Source: Candidatus Aenigmatarchaeota archaeon
Lineage (GTDB): Archaea; Aenigmatarchaeota; Aenigmatarchaeia; CG10238-14; SCSR01
Direction of reading: 5' to 3'
DNA length: 47,695 bases
NCBI GenBank assembly: GCA_014238095.1
Contig: JABABT010000006.1
Location: 1-47,695, forward strand
Part shown: piece after piece, positions 9,525 to 17,829 of the stretch
Numbering within the stretch: the first letter of the stretch is position 1
Layout: each line of letters opens with the position of its first letter
The notes under the pieces: generated by a model
Told to the model about the DNA's origin: nothing
Databases searched by the model: none
What the model saw: the letters and a program-made list of their open reading frames with translations, nothing else
Translations under genes and position numbers: made by a program

Positions 9525-9639
9525 GGGTCCATAGCTCAGCATGGTAGAGCACCTGGCTTTTAGCTTCTAGCGAAAAAGCGCTGATTCCAAGATGATGGAA
9601 GAAACCAGAGAGTCGTGGGTTCGAATCCCACTGGACTCA
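9525..9639 (+). tRNA. tRNA-Lys(UUU) with a 41-nt intron at 37/38 (9563-9603)
   Basis: Acceptor GGGTCCA/TGGACTC, D-arm GCTC/GAGC, anticodon TTT at 9559-9561, T-arm GTGGG-TTCGAAT-CCCAC. BHB-like junction: CUUU/GAAG helix with 3-nt bulges. CCA is not encoded. Confidence 0.92.
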
Positions 9640-9672
9640 TTAAAAGTTTATATTCAACAAAAACAAAATAAG

Positions 9673-9903
9673 ATGATGAATAATAAAATAATTGAAAAAT
9701 ACAAAAAAAATGACTATATTATAAATATGAAATTAGAGGATGAATTAATAAAAAAGAATATTAGTTATGATATACAAACAAATAATGATATTGTCAATAT
9801 AGAATTTTCCAATAGTCAATTTAATAATATTATTGATATTGTTGGTAAAGATAATAAAGATTTATTAATTTTTTCTAAAGATTATAATGAATATAATAAA
9901 TAA
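9673..9903 (+). CDS. Hypothetical protein (76 aa)
   Basis: The track ORF from 9592 overlaps the tRNA. In-frame ATG at 9673 gives MMNNKIIEK...; no family recognised. Confidence 0.45.
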   Translation: MMNNKIIEKYKKNDYIINMKLEDELIKKNISYDIQTNNDIVNIEFSNSQFNNIIDIVGKDNKDLLIFSKDYNEYNK

Positions 9904-9907
9904 AAAT

Positions 9908-11101
9908 TTAATTATATTCTAAAATTTTCTTTTCTTTATCATTGAAAGAAAAATATTTTACAATATTATTTTTTGTTTCTTCATTTTGAGCAATAATTTT
10001 TAAATAAGGAAGAAATTCCCATTTTATTTTTCTTATAGAACAATGTAGTTCTTCTTTCATTTTATTCATAGCTTCTTTTTCAATAAATCTTTTAGATTTA
10101 CTTCTACCTAGAATCATTATATTTTCTGGATATTGGTATTTAGTAAATTTTTTATAAACATTTTCTTTTGAAACTGCAACTCCACCAGTCATAAGATCAA
10201 TGAAATAGGATAATAATTTCCAATTTTGTCTTCTCCAAATTCTACGTTTAAATATATCTGCCCTACTTAACATTTCAAAAGCTTTAGCAATTTCTTCTGA
10301 TTTTTCATATTCTTTAGATATATTATTTTCAATCCACCAAAATATTTCATCTGGAGTTTTATTTACATTACCAATAGAATCTCTTGCCATTCTAATAGAT
10401 TCTGTTTTGAAAATTTCTCTTAATACTTCAAAAATACTTATTTCTCTTTCACGTAAGCCTAAATGTGGAATATGTTTAGAATCTATATTTTTTGCTTTAT
10501 ATAATATTTCTAAATCATTAATTGCAGACCTAAGATCTCCTTTTGATTTTTTTGCAATTTCTCTTATATATTCTTTGTCTATAAAAGCTTTTTCAGCATC
10601 AGTTATAAATTGTAATCTTTTAATAATATCCCAAACATTAAGTTTTTTAAAACCAATCATTTCAACTTTATTTCTTATTGAAACAAGTTTTTTATTATAA
10701 GGATCATTTGCAATTAAAACTATTGGATATTTAGCAGTTTCAATTATATTTATCATTTCTTTAACACCACCTTTATCTTCATAACCAGAAAGACCATCTA
10801 TTTCATCAAACAAGAAAATTTTCCCTTTCTTTTTTAATGAAATTAAAGATACAGAATCACTTATTTTATTTTTTAATTCTTTAGAACTTCTTAAATCAGA
10901 AGCATTAGTTTCTATAATTTCTATATTATTTTGGTTTGAAAATGCATATACTAAAGAAGTTTTACCAATTCCAGGAGGACCATGGAATAAAATTGCTTTA
11001 CCCGGTTTCCAGTTATTAATCCAATTAACAAATGTTTCTAAAGATGTTTTTTGTCCTAAATAATCTTCAAGTTTTTTAGGTCTATATTTTTCATTTAGCA
11101 T
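9908..11101 (-). CDS. rfcL: Replication factor C large subunit
   Basis: EKYRP, GPPGIGKT, NASD, DEIDG, GDLRSAINDL; follows rfcS. Confidence 0.93.
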   Translation of the reverse strand: MLNEKYRPKKLEDYLGQKTSLETFVNWINNWKPGKAILFHGPPGIGKTSLVYAFSNQNNIEIIETNASDLRSSKELKNKISDSVSLISLKKKGKIFLFDEIDGLSGYEDKGGVKEMINIIETAKYPIVLIANDPYNKKLVSIRNKVEMIGFKKLNVWDIIKRLQFITDAEKAFIDKEYIREIAKKSKGDLRSAINDLEILYKAKNIDSKHIPHLGLREREISIFEVLREIFKTESIRMARDSIGNVNKTPDEIFWWIENNISKEYEKSEEIAKAFEMLSRADIFKRRIWRRQNWKLLSYFIDLMTGGVAVSKENVYKKFTKYQYPENIMILGRSKSKRFIEKEAMNKMKEELHCSIRKIKWEFLPYLKIIAQNEETKNNIVKYFSFNDKEKKILEYN

Positions 11102-11105
11102 TTAA

Positions 11106-12062
11106 TTACTCCTTTGAAAAAAGTAAAAATTGTGCAAGTAAAGCTTCAAGTTGTAATAATTCATTTGATCCTTCATTTATTCTAAAATCAAATTCACCAC
11201 ATTTATCTATTAATTTAATTTTTAATTCTTCTGATATATCAAAATTATATATTTGTTTATGGATTTCTGAAATTATATCATTTCCAGAAAGTCCTTGTTT
11301 TAGAATAAGATATTGTAATATTTTTCTAGATTCATCAAAATTTTTTGATAAAGCAAATTTAATCATATCACGAATATCATTTGGTCTTGCTTTACTTGAA
11401 GAATCATAAATAATATTTTCATCTATATTTAAATTTAAAATTGCAGAAGATTGTAATAAATTAGATACTTTTCTTAAATCTCCATTAGTTAACTCGATTA
11501 TTAAATCAATAGCTCCATTAGTCAATTTTAATTTTTCTTTATCACTAATTCTTTTTATATAAGATTTTATATCTTCATCAAAAAGTGATCTAAATCTAAA
11601 TACAGCACATCTACTTTGTATAGGTTCAATTATTTTTGAAGACCAATTACATATTATAATAAATCTTGAAGTTTTTGAATGATTTTCCATCATTCTTCTT
11701 AAAGCTTGTTGAGCATCTTGAGTTAATGCATCAGCTTCATCAAGAATAATTGTTCTAAATGAAAATCCAATAGGCGCACCTGATCTAGCGAATTCTTTTA
11801 CTCTATTTCTAATTACATCAATTCCTCTTTCATCAGAAGCATTTAATTCTAATACATTAGTTTTCCAATTTTTTCCATATAATTCTTTAGCTATTGCTAA
11901 AGCTGTTGTTGTTTTACCTGTTCCAGCTGGACCTGTAAACATCATATGAGGAAAATTTTTATCTTTAATAAAAGCAGAAACTCTTTCAATTACATGTCTT
12001 TGATTTATTACTTCAGATAATTTTTGAGGTCTATATTTTTCCGCCCAAATCTCTAGATTCAT
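11106..12062 (-). CDS. rfcS: Replication factor C small subunit
   Basis: WAEKYRP, GPAGTGKT, ELNASDERG, LDEAD, AQQALRR, SRC. Confidence 0.96.
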   Translation of the reverse strand: MNLEIWAEKYRPQKLSEVINQRHVIERVSAFIKDKNFPHMMFTGPAGTGKTTTALAIAKELYGKNWKTNVLELNASDERGIDVIRNRVKEFARSGAPIGFSFRTIILDEADALTQDAQQALRRMMENHSKTSRFIIICNWSSKIIEPIQSRCAVFRFRSLFDEDIKSYIKRISDKEKLKLTNGAIDLIIELTNGDLRKVSNLLQSSAILNLNIDENIIYDSSSKARPNDIRDMIKFALSKNFDESRKILQYLILKQGLSGNDIISEIHKQIYNFDISEELKIKLIDKCGEFDFRINEGSNELLQLEALLAQFLLFSKE

Positions 12063-12133
12063 AAAATGAAATGGAAGTTTAATTATTAAATGTTATTCTT
12101 ATTTAATAATATTTATAAAATAACATTATGAAT

Positions 12134-12964
12134 TTAATATTCTAAAAATTCTTTTGCTTTATTTATTAAAATATTTAATTCTTTTTCACTAATTCTAGAT
12201 TCTTTTAATATTTTTTTTTGATTTGATTCTATTAATTCTTTAAGAGTATATATACCATAATTAGTTAATAAATCATAATTTTCTTTTTTTAAATCTTTTA
12301 AAATAGTTATTGGATATAATGAATTATTTTTTATTAAAACTTCAATACCATTATGTTTAGGATGTCCCCAACATAAAACACCTATATTTTTACAAGAAGA
12401 ATAATTTAAAGCATGTTTAGAAATTTTTGTATTACATACAATCATTCCTTTATTGAAATTATATTTATTTTTCCCATTTTTATATCCTTCAATTAAATCT
12501 TCAAAAGTAGAATTAATACTTAATAGAACATTAAGTCCAGTAAATGTATGGAATTTATTATGATGTTTAATTTCAACATAAATAACTTCATCTTCTTTTA
12601 ATGCAATAATATCTATTTCATGATTTACACAATTTCCTTTAATTATTTTATTATTTATTGTTTTGTAACCTAAACTTCTGAACAATATAGAAATATATTG
12701 TTCAAAATCTGGATAAGAATTTATTTTACCTAAAGATTCACGTAAATTTATAATATTTTTAAAATATGGTTTATGTTTTTTACCATAATTTAAAATCATT
12801 TGTATTATTTTTTCTGTTGGTATACCATCATATATATTTTTTTCTATTTCAAAAATTATATTTTCTGATTCTTTTCTTGAAAGATTCATTTTTTGACATA
12901 TTTTAAATATTTTTCTATAATTATAAGGTATTAATTTACCATCTGATTTTTTTACATTAATCAT
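12134..12964 (-). CDS. ATP-cone plus Mrr-like PD-(D/E)xK endonuclease domain protein
   Basis: N-terminal VKKSDG..PY ATP-cone; FEQYIS..F..LGY, HEIDIIA, YVEIKHH; C-terminal LYPITIL helical domain. Confidence 0.8.
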   Translation of the reverse strand: MINVKKSDGKLIPYNYRKIFKICQKMNLSRKESENIIFEIEKNIYDGIPTEKIIQMILNYGKKHKPYFKNIINLRESLGKINSYPDFEQYISILFRSLGYKTINNKIIKGNCVNHEIDIIALKEDEVIYVEIKHHNKFHTFTGLNVLLSINSTFEDLIEGYKNGKNKYNFNKGMIVCNTKISKHALNYSSCKNIGVLCWGHPKHNGIEVLIKNNSLYPITILKDLKKENYDLLTNYGIYTLKELIESNQKKILKESRISEKELNILINKAKEFLEY

Positions 12965-13448
12965 TTTTACTATTCTCCAATATTCTTTTTACATCTTCAA
13001 CCTTTTTCCCAAAATATTTTTCAAAATCATTTGTTGTTGATATTATTTTAGTTCTTCCTTCTTTTTCAGAACTTATCAAACCTTTTTTTATTAATTTTTC
13101 AATATAACCATATGCTTTATTTCCTTGGTATTTTACTATTATAGATTGTTTTACAGGCTGATTTGATGCAATTATAGCAAGTGTTCTTAATGACCCTTCA
13201 GATATATCAGAATATGGTGCTAATTTAGATACTTTTTCACTATATTCTGGTTTTAATCTAAATTCATAACCATCTGGTGTTTTAATTAAATCAATACCAT
13301 GAATATTTTTTTCCATATCTTTTTGTAAATCTAATACAATTATTGATACTTGTTTTTCTGTTAACCCAGTTATTTTGGAAAGTTTTTTATTTGTTAGTGC
13401 TTTATCTGATATAAATATTGCAGCTTCAATTAATGCTTTATTTTCCAT
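12957..13448 (-). CDS. scpB: Segregation/condensation protein B (kite)
   Basis: IEAAIF, LRTLAIIA..QPV, tandem winged-helix layout, TTNDFEKYFG. Confidence 0.92.
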   Translation of the reverse strand: MENKALIEAAIFISDKALTNKKLSKITGLTEKQVSIIVLDLQKDMEKNIHGIDLIKTPDGYEFRLKPEYSEKVSKLAPYSDISEGSLRTLAIIASNQPVKQSIIVKYQGNKAYGYIEKLIKKGLISSEKEGRTKIISTTNDFEKYFGKKVEDVKRILENSKND

Positions 13449-13529
13449 TAAATAACTTAGTTTATATAATAAAAATAATTTTTGTTAATAATTTTTAAAA
13501 ATATTTTTGAAAATAATTTAATATTTTAG

Positions 13530-14243
13530 TTATTTTTTCTTTATAAAAATATCTTTAAAAAAATCTTCTTGTTTTGTTGTTATTTTATTTTCTTGTTCTA
13601 AATGAAGAACTGGTAATAAATATTCAATAATTTCTGACCTATTCCATTTATTTACTACATTTCTAAATGTTATTTTATTATCTGGACTTATTGATATTAA
13701 TTTATTAATATTATTCATTATTCTTTGTATTTTATGTTCTATAGATTCTTCATTTGTTTTTATATTTTTAGTAATTTCTTTTCTCCAAAGTCTTTTTTTA
13801 ATTTCACGTTTTTCTTTAACCTTTGTAGCAGATTTTAAAGCAAAAATAAGTTCTTCTAAAGTAACTTGTCTTTTAGGTATTCTTTTAATTGGTTGTCCTA
13901 ATTGTGTAATATTTGAATCTATTCCAAGTTCTTCAAACGGTTTACTTTCTTTTAACATTTTTTCAGTAATACTTTCTTTTTCTTTAAAAAATGATAAATA
14001 ATCTGATTTTATTTTTAATAAAATAGCACAAACAAAAACTATTTTTGCTGGTATTCTAAAATCTAAATTTTTAGCAGATTTAACAAATTTTATGAAACTA
14101 TCAGTTAAATTTACTAAATCAACATTCCAAGGATCTATTCCTTCTAAAGATACTATATAATATATTAAATCTTCCCAACTTTCTTTTTCTAATATTTTTT
14201 TAAATATATTTTCTGATTCATTATTTTTCATTGAAATATTCAT
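13530..14243 (-). CDS. scpA: Segregation/condensation protein A (kleisin)
   Basis: IDPWNVDL, AILLKIKS, RQVTLEELI.AL, C-terminal LHLE...QEDFFKDI. Confidence 0.9.
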   Translation of the reverse strand: MNISMKNNESENIFKKILEKESWEDLIYYIVSLEGIDPWNVDLVNLTDSFIKFVKSAKNLDFRIPAKIVFVCAILLKIKSDYLSFFKEKESITEKMLKESKPFEELGIDSNITQLGQPIKRIPKRQVTLEELIFALKSATKVKEKREIKKRLWRKEITKNIKTNEESIEHKIQRIMNNINKLISISPDNKITFRNVVNKWNRSEIIEYLLPVLHLEQENKITTKQEDFFKDIFIKKK

Positions 14244-14971
14244 ATTTTTCTTCCAACTGAAATTAACCAGTAATTATTTTTTTCAGAAAATGGATTAAGG
14301 TTTTTATCTCCATAAAAACCTATTGTTTTTATTCCAGATATTCTAAATAATAAATCTATTTCATTTGGAGTAAAAAATCTTAATTTAACTGGTTCTTTAT
14401 CTTTTGCAATTATTTTATATCCATTTTTAGTCTTTTTTTTATATACATTTTTTTGTTTTAATATTTTTTCAACTAAATCAAGTTCATTAAATCCTTCTAT
14501 CTGAAAAATTTCTCCATTTCTTTTATTTTTTTCTTTCCATTTACCTTGTATTTCTTCTTTAACTGTATCAGTCCAAACATTCATTGTTTGTAAAATAATC
14601 AAACCATTTTTATTCAAAACATTTTTCATAGATTCAATTGCTTTAATACAATCTTTATTTGTTAACATATAACAAAAAGCAGAATCTAAAGAAACAACAG
14701 CGTCAAATTTTCTATGTAATTTAATATTTTTCATATCCATACATTTAAAATAAAGTTGTGGTGCTTTCATTTTCGCTTTTTTAATCATATCTATACTAAT
14801 ATCTATACCAGAAATATCTAATCCTATTTCAGAAAGTTTTATAACATATCTTCCTGTTCCACAACCTACATCTAATATTGTTTTACATTTATTTTTTGAT
14901 AATAAATTTTGAATCATTTTATATGTTCCATCATCTTGATAATAATTTTCATCATACCATTTTTTTGCCAT
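14240..14971 (-). CDS. Class I SAM-dependent methyltransferase
   Basis: ILDVGCGTG, GIDIS..M, DM, FDAV; ATGA overlap with scpA. Confidence 0.88.
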   Translation of the reverse strand: MAKKWYDENYYQDDGTYKMIQNLLSKNKCKTILDVGCGTGRYVIKLSEIGLDISGIDISIDMIKKAKMKAPQLYFKCMDMKNIKLHRKFDAVVSLDSAFCYMLTNKDCIKAIESMKNVLNKNGLIILQTMNVWTDTVKEEIQGKWKEKNKRNGEIFQIEGFNELDLVEKILKQKNVYKKKTKNGYKIIAKDKEPVKLRFFTPNEIDLLFRISGIKTIGFYGDKNLNPFSEKNNYWLISVGRKI

Positions 14972-14999
14972 TTCTCATTCATAAAGTACATCTTTCATA

Positions 15000-17513
15000 T
15001 TAATTGTCTGGTAATTCTAATCCAAGTACTTTTGTTTCTCCATTTTCCATAGTTACACCATATATTCTATCTCCCATTTTAATTGTTTCATCATTATGTG
15101 TAATCATAATGAATTGAGATTTTTCTGATTCTATTTTTAACATTTTAGCAATTTCTTTAGAATTTTCCTTATCTAAAGCTGCATCTATTTCATCAAAAAC
15201 ATAAAACACAGACGGAGAATATCTTTGAATTGCTAATATAAATGCCATAGCAGTTAGTGTTTTTTCTCCACCAGACATAGAATCAATATTCAATAAAATT
15301 TTACCTCTAGGACTTGCTTTAATTAATAAACCAGATTCTATATCTTCTGAATTCTCTAAAATAATTTCTGATTTTCCTTTTGCCATTTTTGTAAAAATAT
15401 CATTAAATTCTTTTCCAACAATATTTAATGTTTTAGAAAATGTTTCTTTACGTTTTTCTTCAATTTCTTCAATCATTTCAATTACAGATTTTTTTTCTTC
15501 AATTATTTTTTCATATTTTTCTTTATAAGTATCAAATTCTGTTTTTATTTTCTCATAATCATCTATAGATTTCATATTAACTGGTCCAATTAAATTAATT
15601 TCTTTTTCTATTTTATTTATTTGATTTTGTAAAGATGATAATTTATCATTAATATATTCTATGTTTGGTCCATATTTATCAACTTCAGGTTTCAACATAC
15701 CAACTTCTGCTTCTAATCTAGCTTTTTGTACACTAATGTTATTATATTTTATTTCAGTTTGAATTTTTTTATTATGTAATAATCTTCTCTTACTTCTTAA
15801 TTTAATAATTTCTTCTTCAGATATATCATTTTTTGTTTCTAAATTAATAAATTCTTTTTCAGTTTCTGATATTTCGTATTTAGAAAATTTTTCTTCAATA
15901 TCTTTTAAATCTTCAGTTAATTTATTGTTTTCATTTTCTAAATTTATTTTAGAATTTTTATATTTTTCAATTTCTTTATTATTATAATCTTCTGATAATT
16001 TTACATTCATTTTATTTTTAAATCCACCAACCATTGCACCACTTCTTTCAATAAGAGTACCATCTAAAGTAACCATTCTTAATTTTCCTATTCCAATATT
16101 TTTAGCAGTATTTAAATTATTTATAATTACTGTACTTCCAAAAACAAATTTTATTGGTTTTAAATATTTTTCATCAAATTTAATTAAATCAGAAGCAATT
16201 CCATAAACATCTTTATTATTTAAAAAATTATCATATTTTAAGAAATTTGGTTTTATTTTATTTAAAGGTAAAAATGTAGCACGTCCTATTCTTTCCCTTT
16301 TTAAATAATCTATACAAATTTTTGCAACATTCTCATTTTCTACAATTATATCATAAATATGATGACCAGCTGCTATATCAATAGAAGTTTTATATTCATT
16401 TGGAATTTGAATCAAATCAGATATAATTCCATGTACACCATCAATATTCATTTTATTTATTATTTTAACTGCTTTTGGAATGTTTCCAATAAATTCTTCT
16501 TTTTTTGTTTCAATAATATTTAATCTTTCAATCAAATTTTCTAATCTTTCTATTTGAATTTTATTAGAATTTATTTTATCTTTAGTTATCATTATTTTTA
16601 CACGAAGTTCTGAAACTTCTTTTTCTATTTGAAATGTTTTTGAAATATTATGAACTTTATTTGCTATTTTTCTTATACTTTCTTCACGTTCATCAAGTTC
16701 TTTTTCAGTTTCTGATATTTCTTTAGTAACATTTTCATTTTCTTCATTAGCTAAAATAATTTTAGATTTAATTTCTAACATATCTTCTTCAAAATTATCT
16801 AATCTTTTTTTTGCATATGACCCTTTTAATATAGTTAATTTTTTATTAAATTCTCTATATTTTATTGCTGAATTTTTTTCAGATTCTAATTTTTTAAATA
16901 ATTCATATCTTTGAGTTATTATTATTTCTGCTTCTTTTATTTTCTGATCTACAAAATCTAAATCTTTTTTTGCCTGTTCTTTTTTATCATTATATTCTGA
17001 TATACCAGAAATTTCATCAAGAACATATCTTCTTTCTTTTGGATTCATTTCTATTATTGATGTAATATCCCCCTGCATTACTATATTATGTCCATTTGGT
17101 TTGATTTTTACTGATCCAAGTATTTGAAGTATTTTTTCTCGTGTTGTTGTTTTTCCATTTATTTTATAAGTTGATACTCCTTTTTTATTTATTTTTCTCA
17201 TTATTGAAATTTCATTTTCATCAAATGGAAATATTTTATTTTTATTATCTAAAAAAAGTGTAACAGAAGCATATTCATTTTTAATTTTATTATCATTATT
17301 ATGAAAAATTAATTCATGTAATCTATCTGCACGTAAAGATTTTGCTGATTTTTTACCAATAACAAATATTATTGCATCTATAATATTACTTTTACCACTT
17401 CCATTTGGTCCTGCAATTACATTAAATCCAGGAAGTAAAGGTATAGATATTTTTTTATTAAAACTTTTGAACCCCTGAAAGGTTATTTTAACTATTGATG
17501 TTTTTGATTCCAT
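15000..17513 (-). CDS. smc: SMC ATPase with hinge, unusually short (837 aa)
   Basis: GFKSF, Walker [10 protein letters not shown]-loop MQG, hinge GVHG...GRATFLPL...VTLDG...GAMVGG, signature MSGGE, Walker B FDEIDAALD. Confidence 0.95.
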   Translation of the reverse strand: MESKTSIVKITFQGFKSFNKKISIPLLPGFNVIAGPNGSGKSNIIDAIIFVIGKKSAKSLRADRLHELIFHNNDNKIKNEYASVTLFLDNKNKIFPFDENEISIMRKINKKGVSTYKINGKTTTREKILQILGSVKIKPNGHNIVMQGDITSIIEMNPKERRYVLDEISGISEYNDKKEQAKKDLDFVDQKIKEAEIIITQRYELFKKLESEKNSAIKYREFNKKLTILKGSYAKKRLDNFEEDMLEIKSKIILANEENENVTKEISETEKELDEREESIRKIANKVHNISKTFQIEKEVSELRVKIMITKDKINSNKIQIERLENLIERLNIIETKKEEFIGNIPKAVKIINKMNIDGVHGIISDLIQIPNEYKTSIDIAAGHHIYDIIVENENVAKICIDYLKRERIGRATFLPLNKIKPNFLKYDNFLNNKDVYGIASDLIKFDEKYLKPIKFVFGSTVIINNLNTAKNIGIGKLRMVTLDGTLIERSGAMVGGFKNKMNVKLSEDYNNKEIEKYKNSKINLENENNKLTEDLKDIEEKFSKYEISETEKEFINLETKNDISEEEIIKLRSKRRLLHNKKIQTEIKYNNISVQKARLEAEVGMLKPEVDKYGPNIEYINDKLSSLQNQINKIEKEINLIGPVNMKSIDDYEKIKTEFDTYKEKYEKIIEEKKSVIEMIEEIEEKRKETFSKTLNIVGKEFNDIFTKMAKGKSEIILENSEDIESGLLIKASPRGKILLNIDSMSGGEKTLTAMAFILAIQRYSPSVFYVFDEIDAALDKENSKEIAKMLKIESEKSQFIMITHNDETIKMGDRIYGVTMENGETKVLGLELPDN

Positions 17514-17545
17514 ATAATAATTTTATTTTTCCTTTAAGAAATAGT

Positions 17546-17806
17546 TTATATTGTGAAATCTTTCATCATTTTTTTGGGTATTTTAAATACTTTTAAATGT
17601 AATCCAGCATCTATATATGCCCAACATATAAATGCAGCTTCTAATGATTGAAGAAATTTTTGTTTTTTTTGGAAAAAATTACAATCTTCATGATATGATT
17701 TTAAAACAATTACTAAACTTTTTGATTTTTCATCTAAAATTTCTAATTTTTTCATTATATTATTAATTCTTTGAACTTCTTTATCTGATATTTCTTTTAT
17801 ATTCAT
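17546..17806 (-). CDS. DUF357-family protein
   Basis: 86-aa helical protein with a SY..D..FF....A....WAYIDAG pattern. Confidence 0.7.
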   Translation of the reverse strand: MNIKEISDKEVQRINNIMKKLEILDEKSKSLVIVLKSYHEDCNFFQKKQKFLQSLEAAFICWAYIDAGLHLKVFKIPKKMMKDFTI

Positions 17807-17829
17807 AAAAATAATTAGATTATAACTAT

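Noticed and set aside
9592-9672. N-terminal part of the 103-aa track ORF
   Set aside because: It lies over the tRNA-Lys intron and 3' exon; ATG 9673 is the more plausible start.
10407-10700. 97-aa plus-strand ORF
   Set aside because: Antisense shadow of rfcL.
12134-14971. Classical restriction-modification pair
   Set aside because: The methyltransferase has no DNA-MTase catalytic motif and the two genes are separated by scpAB.
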